Shown in pieces: positions 21,128 through 30,218 of a stretch of DNA of 64,000 nucleotides. The first letter of the stretch is position 1. Each line of letters opens with the position of its first letter. Source of the stretch: Flavobacteriales bacterium (GTDB lineage: Bacteria; Bacteroidota; Bacteroidia; CAIKAF01). The notes beneath the pieces were generated by a model that was not told the DNA's origin, made no database searches, and saw only the letters and a program-made list of their open reading frames with translations. Both the position numbers and the translations under genes were made by a program. The stretch spans positions 81,317 through 145,316 of the forward strand of contig JANWKT010000013.1 in assembly GCA_025451235.1 (NCBI GenBank), given 5' to 3'.

Positions 21128-21451
21128 TTCTTTCCTTCAAGTTGTTTGAAGTGTAAATCTTATAATTTATTGGTGAAATAGTATAATCCTCATCTGGAGT
21201 AGGTTGCTTAATTTTATCCAGGAAATTCTGTTCGGTGAAGTTTGTATCGGTTTGTTAGATTGGCGAAACGGTATCAGGAACATGGGGGTTTTCCAATCTT
21301 CCTTCCATGACCAACGAAAAGGTAGTCGAGCCTGTAACCCGTTACCCGTACAAAAAAACTCATGCTGAACAGAATTTCTTTTTCTGCCAATATTTTCCTT
21401 AAATTCATTGTCTTATTCTCTGGATGACTTCAACAAAACGATTAAACGAAT

Positions 21452-21880
21452 ATGAGGATCTGGTCGTTGCACCCCACTTATCTTGATGCAAAAGGTTTGG
21501 TTGCTCTGTGGAGAGAGACTTTACTGGCCAAACATGTATTGGAAGGAAAAACAAAAGGATATACAAATCATCCTCAGTTGGATCGTTTTAAAGAATCGAA
21601 GCGGCCTTTAGACTCTATTCATCAGTACTTATCCTACGTTCATGAAGAGGCGGTGCGGAGAGGCTATACATTTGATGAAGCAAAGTTCAACCGGGATTTT
21701 ATACCTGGAAAACTCACTGTTACAACAGGGCAACTGAATTTTGAAGTAAAACATTTATCGAATAAATTATTTATTCGCGACTTAGAAAAATATAAGCAGT
21801 TGAAATCAAAGAAGGCGGTGGAGCCTCATCCGTTATTCGAGATAGTGGAAGGTGAAATTGAAAAATGGGAGGTCGTATAA
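21452..21880 (+). CDS. Pyrimidine-dimer DNA glycosylase/endonuclease V-like protein
   Basis: N-terminus 'MRIWSLHPTYLDAKGLVALWRETLLAKHVL' matches from memory the conserved start of the Pyr_excise family. Confidence 0.55.
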   Translation: MRIWSLHPTYLDAKGLVALWRETLLAKHVLEGKTKGYTNHPQLDRFKESKRPLDSIHQYLSYVHEEAVRRGYTFDEAKFNRDFIPGKLTVTTGQLNFEVKHLSNKLFIRDLEKYKQLKSKKAVEPHPLFEIVEGEIEKWEVV

Positions 21881-21897
21881 ATCGTGTATGAACAAGA

Positions 21898-22353
21898 TCA
21901 AAAACAGGCAACTGCTTTTACGAATATATCTTTGAGTTCAACCACCTTTGCTTCGTAATAATAAACCATGTTAGTGTCTTCAGTGGAAGTGGTCGCTGTT
22001 TTTTCCTGGAGAAATATTTTTGCCATCACTTTTATTTCAGGAGTTCCGCTAACGCAAGATGGTAATTTATCCCATACTTGTTGTTTATAGGTCTCGTCAA
22101 AATAAATATCCCTTCCATTCAATTCCTTGGGCCGATCTGTTCCATTATCCAGGATAGGCATACTGGCACCTCCACCCACCCAATCCGTTCCAATCAGGAA
22201 CACGGCATCTTGTGTATCGGTGGTTAATACGAAAGTTTCGGGCAGGTCGTTCCCTGTTCCAGGGGTTGATTGATCAGTCCGTGATTTTTTACTTCCACAC
22301 GAGATCAATAAAAAAGCAAATAAAAATAAAGCCGAGATCTTTTTAGTTCGCAT
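21898..22353 (-). CDS. Hypothetical lipoprotein
   Basis: Leader 'MRTKKISALFLFAFLLISCGSKK'. Confidence 0.55.
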   Translation of the reverse strand: MRTKKISALFLFAFLLISCGSKKSRTDQSTPGTGNDLPETFVLTTDTQDAVFLIGTDWVGGGASMPILDNGTDRPKELNGRDIYFDETYKQQVWDKLPSCVSGTPEIKVMAKIFLQEKTATTSTEDTNMVYYYEAKVVELKDIFVKAVACF

Positions 22354-22372
22354 AATTATTTTTTTGTTGAGC

Positions 22373-22903
22373 TCATATATTTGAGCCTACTAAGCCGTAA
22401 TATACAACATCTATTAATTCGCCGGTATCTATTTTAAAATCATTTTTCAATATCCCTTCCTGCCGGAAACCGTTTTTTTCAGCTACCCGCCTACTGGCGG
22501 TATTATCTACGGGAATACGCATGAATATTTTTTGCATTTTTAACTCATCAAAACAATAACGGACAATTAAATTCAAGCATCCGGTGATGATCCCTTTTCC
22601 TTCATGATCACGGTCTATAAAAAAACCAAGTTCACATTTGGGAATATTCCAATCGATCTCTTTTAAAAAAATAACGCCCAGGATATTTTCTTTTTCTGTG
22701 ATAAGAAAAGTAAATGCTTCTTCTTTTTCTGCTTTACGGATCTTAAGATGGATCAACGCAGCCGTATCATCGATGCTTTTGGTGGAAGTAACGGTTGTCG
22801 GAAAATAGGTTGCTATCCGACTGCGGTTTTTATCGACCAAAGTAAAGTACGCCACTGCATCTTCCATATGTAGAGGCCTTATATGATAAGGACCCAAATT
22901 CAT
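22373..22903 (-). CDS. GNAT family N-acetyltransferase (RimJ/RimL-like)
   Basis: 176 aa with 'HEGKGIITGCLNLIVRYCFDEL'. Confidence 0.75.
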   Translation of the reverse strand: MNLGPYHIRPLHMEDAVAYFTLVDKNRSRIATYFPTTVTSTKSIDDTAALIHLKIRKAEKEEAFTFLITEKENILGVIFLKEIDWNIPKCELGFFIDRDHEGKGIITGCLNLIVRYCFDELKMQKIFMRIPVDNTASRRVAEKNGFRQEGILKNDFKIDTGELIDVVYYGLVGSNI

Positions 22904-22954
22904 GACAGGCTTTTTATATTAAAACGTTGGGTGGAGCGGGATAGTTACAAAAAA

Positions 22955-23458
22955 TCAGGAAGTTAACAGGCTTTTAAGCAGACCTACCTGGCCTGAATGG
23001 TAGATATCATGTTGTACCAAACCGGAAAGCATGATCTTGTACTTGTACTTCGCTCCTGGAACGGGTTCATCCAGTTTGGCTGGATCAAAATTTTCAAGCA
23101 AGCCTAGCAATTCTTCCTGGGTTGCTTTGAGATCCGTTAGCATGTTATTCCAGATGCTGGTATCTATATCAGGTACCGGTGGCCAATCTGCCTCGGAACT
23201 GATTTCAATGGTATAATCCGCATTTCCTTTTAATTTCTCGATGGTGAATTTTCTCCAGGTAATGATGTGCATGAGATATTCTGCAATGTTTTTTCGAGAT
23301 ACCGACATTCGTTTAGAAGCAAGCTCAGGAGAAATTTTTTCCAGCTGTTCGATCAGGCTGGGGCCAAACCAAGGTGTACCATTAAAAGAATGTTTTAGCA
23401 GATTTTTGTATAACTGAATTTCATTTGTGGTGCTCATAACAATGAGAATATGCATCAA
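22955..23458 (-). CDS. DinB/YfiT-like four-helix-bundle family protein
   Basis: 167 aa. Conserved His near the C-terminus ('HDIYHSGQV'). Confidence 0.55.
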   Translation of the reverse strand: MMHILIVMSTTNEIQLYKNLLKHSFNGTPWFGPSLIEQLEKISPELASKRMSVSRKNIAEYLMHIITWRKFTIEKLKGNADYTIEISSEADWPPVPDIDTSIWNNMLTDLKATQEELLGLLENFDPAKLDEPVPGAKYKYKIMLSGLVQHDIYHSGQVGLLKSLLTS

Positions 23459-23559
23459 GAATACGAATTTTTTTGCAGTCCTGACTCATGTCGGGAGCTG
23501 CCGAAAAACAGGTATGTTGTCCGAAATTGTTCAGGATGGTTGTGCCCTCACCTTGAATA

Positions 23560-24258
23560 TTAGTTTTGCACTGCTCTGGCAGCGGCCACTGCAATATCCA
23601 ATGCCTGGATAGCAAATGGTTGGGTATACATTTTATTGAGCCCTATGGTAGTAGAAGCATTGTTGTTATCCAGGGTGAGCTTGGTAAGATTCCCTTCCAT
23701 CCGAATATCGGTATATTTCCAGGTACTTAGCAACATTTTAAGTTCCTGTGATTGCATGAGTTTATGTGCAGCCGTTTCATCACCATAAAAGTTAACTCCT
23801 TTTCTAAACGACCCTCCATCAATATCTAATTGGGGCAGATCAGGTTTTTTACCAATAACCGCATCCTGAATGAACTGCGAGGTACTCCATAAACTGGGAG
23901 GATCATAAATGGCCAGTTGGGGAAATGGCATGGGACTCATTACTTCTACATGCAAAGTTGGGAATACCGAATGTTTGCCGTATACATTGCTTTTACCAGT
24001 GCTAATGGTTTTGTAAGCTGACATGGCATTCATATTTAACTTGTACTGTAATTTTACCTGGTACCCCTTGTACATTCCGGTTAGATGATCACCATTTACA
24101 CGTAGGCCTGTTCGTTGTGCAAGTTCAGGGAAAAAATTATTTGCTTTTTTGCGTCCTTTCCTGGCTTTACGAATTGCCAATGGAATGACAATAAGGGCAA
24201 TTAAAATAAAAAATCCGATGCTAAAATAGGGCATCATGTCTAACATACCTTGATCCAT
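23560..24258 (-). CDS. Hypothetical membrane-anchored protein
   Basis: N-terminal TM 'YFSIGFFILIALIVIPLAI' followed by a basic patch. Confidence 0.5.
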   Translation of the reverse strand: MDQGMLDMMPYFSIGFFILIALIVIPLAIRKARKGRKKANNFFPELAQRTGLRVNGDHLTGMYKGYQVKLQYKLNMNAMSAYKTISTGKSNVYGKHSVFPTLHVEVMSPMPFPQLAIYDPPSLWSTSQFIQDAVIGKKPDLPQLDIDGGSFRKGVNFYGDETAAHKLMQSQELKMLLSTWKYTDIRMEGNLTKLTLDNNNASTTIGLNKMYTQPFAIQALDIAVAAARAVQN

Positions 24259-24419
24259 AAAGTTTAAGTTTTGTTGTACACACAGCTACCAGCCGTTTGT
24301 ACAGGGTTTATAGTTATAATGCAATATAAATAAAAAAAATGATTTGCAAATGGTGTACCAAAAAAAGCCGGTATCCCGAAACCTATCGGAATACCGGCTT
24401 TTCCGGTAAAAATTAAAAC

Positions 24420-27400
24420 CTATTTTTTAATGAACCTCAGCATGGCTGAATTTCCATTGGCTGTGATACGCATCATATACATACCAGCCCTTAATTGTTC
24501 CAGATGGAAGATCTCATTAAATGTTCCTTCTACCATTCCAGGTTTCCAGTTGGAGATGATACTCCCTTTCATATCCATGAGATCAATCACTAGATTTTCT
24601 GTTTCAAGTCCATTGATATTCAAATGAAGAATACCATCGGATGGATTGGGATATAAAAGAATGGTTGCCGGGAATCCATCTGGATTAAACACTCCCGAAG
24701 TGAAGTTAACCATAATGGTATCCGAATCGGTACACCCGTTAGCATCTGTTACCGTAACAAAATAGATCCCGTTGGTAGTTGCATTAATGGTTTGTGTGGT
24801 GCTACCGTCATTCCAAAAATAGGAAGAGAAACCTGCACCTGCATCAAGCAATGCCGGAGGATTGGCTTGAACAATATCAGCGCCTAAATTAACGGTGGGT
24901 AAAGAGTTCACTACAATAGGCGCAGTGGTTGTATTGGAACAACCATTTACATCTGTTCCAGTTACCGTATAAGTTTGGGAAGATACCGCAGAGAATGCTA
25001 CACCATCGGTTATACCTCCCGACCAAACATAAGATGCAGCTCCTGTACCATTCAATGTGAGGTTCGTTCCGAAGCAAACGGTATCATCGGGTGAAGCAAT
25101 ATATCCAACAACTGGAAGTGGATTTACAGTCACCGTAATGGTATCATTGTTTGAACATGCATTCGTATCCGTACCAGTTACAATATAGCTGAGTGTTCCG
25201 CCAGGAATAAAGCCAACTGCATCGGTTACACCATTATTCCAGGAATATGAAAGAGCACCGCTTCCGGTAAGTGTAACGGAATCACCAGCACATATTGGAT
25301 TGTTACTGGTAGTTGCTACTACCAACGGAAGGGCATTAACAGTAATGGTAATGGTTGCACAAGCACCCGGAGAAGGACATCCACCTTCACCGCGAACAAA
25401 ATAGTCGGTTGTGACAGACGGATTTACTACAATGGAAGTTCCTGTATCAACGGGAGAACCTCCACAGCTTCCATTATACCATTGCCACATGGCTGATTCG
25501 TTTAACGAACCAACGGTGATGGATAAGATGGTACTATCCCCACTACAAATGGTATCTATGGATGTGGAAACCGTAGGTGTATTTGCTAATTCACAATTTT
25601 CATCGGCACCCATATCAGGGGCTATTAAACTCCTGAGTTCACAATCTATATCATCGGTAATACCAGGAATGGGTGTTCCAGTACCAATCAGGCCGGGATT
25701 ACTTCCCACTAACAAGTGAAGATCCGTAGCACTGGTAAATACTGGTACGATATTCAATGAGTTCGCATCCTGGTTAGGGGTGAAAGTAGTTTGCCATGCA
25801 GCCAGCGTAGTTACTTGAGGAATGGCGCCACCTGTATTTCCCAAACCAAAAAGTACGTTTTGTGTGTTGGAGGTATTGATCGCATAATCATTATAGTTAC
25901 TGATTCCCCATACGTAAGCAGCTGAAGGAGCCACCACTGAGAAGTTAACCAGTGTAGAAGTATTAGAGGCTTCATCCACATATATTATATTATCTTCAAA
26001 GATGGTGTTGACCGCGGCTGCCTGAAGACGAACACCCATATCGGATTCGGTGGCAGTTGTTGATCCGGCGGGATCGCGATCTGCCGTTACCATATAAATG
26101 GTATTGTACACGATCTGGTCTCCATTTCCACTCGATGCATTGATGCCAATACCCTGGTCGGATGCTGTTCCATTTGCCCTTACATTATAGATGAAATTGT
26201 TGGCTATGATATTATTGGTAGCAGTTCCATTAGGTGTGGCAATGGATATCCCAATGGCTGCAAATGTTTTTTCACAAACAATGTCATGAACCGTGTTTTT
26301 AGAAACAGTAGTATTGGTAATATTAGTAGCAGTCGGTGTAGGTCCATTCTCGCCACCAAGGCCAATTCCGATATGATCTGTACCTCCCACCGATTGTGAA
26401 ATTTGGTTACCTACAAAACGAACTTCATTTGCATTGACAGTTGCACTGTCCTGGTGTTGAAGGATGATCCCACCTCTTCTAATTTGAGTAGACCCAAATG
26501 CTGATGGACCCACCAGGTTTTGACGAATGATATTACCATTATTAGATGAACTGGCACCACCTCTGAAGAAAATTCCCCAGGCCGATCGGGTGATCTCATT
26601 ATTTTCAATCAGGTTTGCATCATTGCCAACTCCATCAGGAGGAGGCAAGCCCACAATGGTTGATCCGCAGGAAACAATACAAAAGTTTTCAGTTGCTGTT
26701 GTACTTTGATCCACTCCATTGTTCATGATACAATTCTTGATCGTATTGTTGGTTGCTCCCGCAGATGCACCTAAGGATGATAGCCAGATCACCGCTGTAG
26801 AAGAAGCGGTGCTTGTATTGGAAATGGTAAGGTCCCTTGAAGCAGATACGACGGGGGGACATGAGCTATTAACTGTTGACCCAATGGAACCATCAATCGT
26901 AATATAATCTGCACCATTTAATCGAAGGATGGATGAAGTGGAACTTCCGGTAATGATCGTTCCGGTATTTGCCGGTTTAATAGTAAGTGTATTCACAGCG
27001 CTTGCATCCGGATTTACATTGATACTGATCGGAAAGGTTTCACCGGCACTATAATTCAGATCGGTTAGCAGGAAAGTAATAGGTCCTCCTAAACAAGATG
27101 TATTATAAGCATTCACTGCCTGGGTTAAAGTGGTATAGGTTTGTCCTGCTCCTACATTATAGGTACCCGATAATGTGCCACTGATGGCATATGTATTTGG
27201 GGTAGTTGGAGGTGTGGTAACATTATTTACATCGGTTGCAACCAAACCGGCACCAGGACTAGCTCCGATATTAGGAGTAGAGGCTATATCCTGTGCGATT
27301 ACATAATAGGAAACCATATCACCTACCACCAGTCCTCCCATAGTGGCGGCTGTAATGCTAAAATCCCATGTTCCGTTGGTAGCTGTTCCAGCAGTAAGCG

Positions 27401-30053
27401 TACCCTGATTTGAAAACCATGAGCCTGCATTCTTGCGGAAGTAGATCCTGGGTTGTAAAGCGCCAGCAGTGGGCACCCCTTCTATATCTGTAATGGTAGA
27501 TGTTAAAGTTCTGTCACCGGTGAGGCATGTAAATGTAAGTGGCGTATATGTGATAGTTGGTGGCACTCCTGGAACGGCATCAGTTTCATCTGCTCCGATA
27601 TCAGGTGAAGTAGCACCGCCATTTACTGAACCAGCAGGACCCGGGCGTGTCTGACCATCAATATCAGTAGTGATACTTCCAATTGTTTGTCCACCCGATT
27701 CAATCGGAGTGGGTGTAAGTCCCATGTTCAGGTGTAAATCACTCGCAGCATTTATATAGGTAACCGTAATACCGGAATAGCTGGCGGCATCGCATGAACT
27801 GGTAGTTTGCCAATTGCCGAATGTAAGCGCTGAGGTCCAATATCCTACGGTTGATGCTGCAGCATTAAGTACATTGTTGTTTGTGTTTCCCGCAGCCCAA
27901 CCGGTGGCTGAGGATGTACCTCCAAAATTATTGGAAATGGCAAAATGGCTGCCTGTACCGCCAGTGCGTGTATTGGTAAAAATATTATTCCGAATATTCA
28001 CAGTAACGGTCGGAGAAGTTGTAAATGTGCCTCGTTGAAAGCAGAAACTTGAAAGTGCACCAGCTGTTGCGGTTCCGGTAACATTTACAGTATTGTAATA
28101 AATATTGTCGATTGGATCAGGTGTTGAACCGTGGTTTGCAAAGATGCCCACAAAAGCGGTATTGGTGGTTTGCCCTGTGCCGATAGAGATCATGTTGTTA
28201 TGAACATTGGCTGCGGTGGTTCCGGATCTGATCAAAATACCTGTTACCACAGGAGGGGCGGTTGCTGTGGTTCCTGTTCCCGCATTGGATAGATCGTAGA
28301 TCACATTATTAAAAGTGGAAGTATTCGTGGCCTGTGCCATAGCAATTCCTGCGACAACAATATTGGTCGTACCAGTATTGATATTCGAAACACCATGTAT
28401 GGTGTTGCCAGAAATAGTTGCATTCATCCCGGAAGCAAGGTGGATGCCAGCGGCCGAAACATTTCCACTGGTATATCCTGTCAATGAGCTTGAAGTGGTC
28501 ATGAAGCGAACGGTGTTCCCCGAAATGGTTGAATTGGAGCTACCGGTGGTGGCAGTAAAAAATCCTCTTACATACCCAGTAGTACCGGTTCCATAAGAAG
28601 AAAAGTTCTGAATGGTATTATTGGAAACCAATAAGTTGACCGCAGAAGAAGAAGCATTGATCCCAGCTCCTAGAGAAGAACCAGTAGTAACACCCAAAAC
28701 ACCAGCCACCATATTATTTGGAATTGTATTTCCGATAGTATTTCCTGAAATGGTCATTGAATTGGTAACACCGGATATATTGATACCAAAAACAGCTCCA
28801 GCCACCGCTGCTGTCACTCCAGCGGATTGTAAACCACCTATGATATTGTTCTGAATGGAAATTACACCGGTAGAAGAAGAATTGATACCTACCACAGCTC
28901 CCTGTGTAGTGGTGGGAGTTCCAACTAAAGATCCTGTAGCGGCTGCGGATCCGATCACATTGGGAGTGATGGTCCCCACATTTATATTCCCGCTGGTCAT
29001 ATTGATCCCGCATAAGATCCCATTCGCAGTAGCTGCCCCACTTGAAGTTCCGAGATTGATGGATGCAATCGTGTTTCCCTGAACCGAGGTTGCCGTAGTG
29101 GTTCCTACTGCCAGATCAATTCCAATAAAACGGGTTGCAATGGTACCGGTCATGGTATAAGTTCCTGTTCCACCTGATGTGGCAAAACCAATTATATTGT
29201 TTAAGACGGAGTGATTATTTCCTGAAGAAATTTGAATGGCGCGGTGCGTATTTCCCGTGGTATAGGTTCGGGTTGCTCCCTGATAAAACCTGCACCCGGT
29301 AATGGTCCAATCAGTATTTGCAGCTGCGGCCAATACTCCGCAGGAAACTGACGATGCATTGAAATAGTTGGGAATATTACAATTGCTGATGGTGATATGG
29401 TTATTTTCCTGACCTGCAGTTCCGGCAGAGTAAATTCCGTTTACCGGAAAGTTTGCACCACTGGCATCGATGGTACATGTGCTGAAACCGATACTATCAT
29501 TTCCTCCAATACCAGCACTGGTTGAAATGAAAATAGTTCCGGAAGTGGTGGATGTATTTGCCCCGAGAATCGTGCAATTCTGAACCGCATTTACTTCTGA
29601 ATCATTGATATATCGGATCGTAGAGGCAGTACCGGTGTTTGTATTTTCAATGGTAAGAGAATTACCTCCTGAATTTACCCCGTTGATCAAGACCCGATCT
29701 GCTCCGTTAAAATCAATCAACGGACCAGCTACTGATCCTGTGATGGTACGTGCAGCACCACCAGCGGGTGCAATGGTTACGGCAAGCCAGGTGTTTTGAT
29801 TGAGGGTGGCTGTTGTTGGTTCGACTGTATTTCCTATAATGGAAATAACAATATTTGCACCTGGCTGAGCACCGGCATTGATGGCGGTAAAAGCTGCATT
29901 CAGATTAGCATACAATCCATTCCCAACGATGGCTCCAGATACATTCACGTTTTGAGCGAAGGATATATGCTTACACATAAAAATAATGGCGATCAATAAA
30001 GCCATTTTAAGACCAGGCATAGTGTGTTCCCTGGAGTAAAAAGATCTTTTCAT
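24420..30053 (-). CDS. Giant T9SS-secreted protein: parallel beta-helix repeats, Ig-like Cys-containing repeats, C-terminal Por sorting domain
   Basis: 1877 aa with a signal peptide. Many 'N-T-I-x-N / ISGNTI' beta-helix-type repeats. Repeated 'IC(A/S)GDS(V/T)TL(T/S)..G..SY.W' modules. C-terminal 'LYPNPSDGILHLNINGLETENL..GMYMMRITANGNSAMLRFIKK' matches the T9SS CTD. Confidence 0.85.
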   Translation of the reverse strand: MKRSFYSREHTMPGLKMALLIAIIFMCKHISFAQNVNVSGAIVGNGLYANLNAAFTAINAGAQPGANIVISIIGNTVEPTTATLNQNTWLAVTIAPAGGAARTITGSVAGPLIDFNGADRVLINGVNSGGNSLTIENTNTGTASTIRYINDSEVNAVQNCTILGANTSTTSGTIFISTSAGIGGNDSIGFSTCTIDASGANFPVNGIYSAGTAGQENNHITISNCNIPNYFNASSVSCGVLAAAANTDWTITGCRFYQGATRTYTTGNTHRAIQISSGNNHSVLNNIIGFATSGGTGTYTMTGTIATRFIGIDLAVGTTTATSVQGNTIASINLGTSSGAATANGILCGINMTSGNINVGTITPNVIGSAAATGSLVGTPTTTQGAVVGINSSSTGVISIQNNIIGGLQSAGVTAAVAGAVFGINISGVTNSMTISGNTIGNTIPNNMVAGVLGVTTGSSLGAGINASSSAVNLLVSNNTIQNFSSYGTGTTGYVRGFFTATTGSSNSTISGNTVRFMTTSSSLTGYTSGNVSAAGIHLASGMNATISGNTIHGVSNINTGTTNIVVAGIAMAQATNTSTFNNVIYDLSNAGTGTTATAPPVVTGILIRSGTTAANVHNNMISIGTGQTTNTAFVGIFANHGSTPDPIDNIYYNTVNVTGTATAGALSSFCFQRGTFTTSPTVTVNIRNNIFTNTRTGGTGSHFAISNNFGGTSSATGWAAGNTNNNVLNAAASTVGYWTSALTFGNWQTTSSCDAASYSGITVTYINAASDLHLNMGLTPTPIESGGQTIGSITTDIDGQTRPGPAGSVNGGATSPDIGADETDAVPGVPPTITYTPLTFTCLTGDRTLTSTITDIEGVPTAGALQPRIYFRKNAGSWFSNQGTLTAGTATNGTWDFSITAATMGGLVVGDMVSYYVIAQDIASTPNIGASPGAGLVATDVNNVTTPPTTPNTYAISGTLSGTYNVGAGQTYTTLTQAVNAYNTSCLGGPITFLLTDLNYSAGETFPISINVNPDASAVNTLTIKPANTGTIITGSSTSSILRLNGADYITIDGSIGSTVNSSCPPVVSASRDLTISNTSTASSTAVIWLSSLGASAGATNNTIKNCIMNNGVDQSTTATENFCIVSCGSTIVGLPPPDGVGNDANLIENNEITRSAWGIFFRGGASSSNNGNIIRQNLVGPSAFGSTQIRRGGIILQHQDSATVNANEVRFVGNQISQSVGGTDHIGIGLGGENGPTPTATNITNTTVSKNTVHDIVCEKTFAAIGISIATPNGTATNNIIANNFIYNVRANGTASDQGIGINASSGNGDQIVYNTIYMVTADRDPAGSTTATESDMGVRLQAAAVNTIFEDNIIYVDEASNTSTLVNFSVVAPSAAYVWGISNYNDYAINTSNTQNVLFGLGNTGGAIPQVTTLAAWQTTFTPNQDANSLNIVPVFTSATDLHLLVGSNPGLIGTGTPIPGITDDIDCELRSLIAPDMGADENCELANTPTVSTSIDTICSGDSTILSITVGSLNESAMWQWYNGSCGGSPVDTGTSIVVNPSVTTDYFVRGEGGCPSPGACATITITVNALPLVVATTSNNPICAGDSVTLTGSGALSYSWNNGVTDAVGFIPGGTLSYIVTGTDTNACSNNDTITVTVNPLPVVGYIASPDDTVCFGTNLTLNGTGAASYVWSGGITDGVAFSAVSSQTYTVTGTDVNGCSNTTTAPIVVNSLPTVNLGADIVQANPPALLDAGAGFSSYFWNDGSTTQTINATTNGIYFVTVTDANGCTDSDTIMVNFTSGVFNPDGFPATILLYPNPSDGILHLNINGLETENLVIDLMDMKGSIISNWKPGMVEGTFNEIFHLEQLRAGMYMMRITANGNSAMLRFIKK

Positions 30054-30169
30054 AAATTGGTTTTTCGATTTGTTTAGATATGCAATTTAATAACTTTTTA
30101 ATTAGATAGGTGCGGTAGTGTGACAAAAATAGGGGGCTGATTATTTAATCATATCTATTTGCAAATGAG

Positions 30170-30200
30170 CATAATAAAAAAATCCGGTAAAATTTTACCG
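30170..30200 (-). terminator. Rho-independent terminator after the 898-aa T9SS gene
   Basis: Perfect 16 bp palindrome cggtaaaattttaccg. On the minus strand it is followed by 'gatttttttatta'. Confidence 0.65.
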
Positions 30201-30218
30201 AGTTTCCAGGAATAAATC

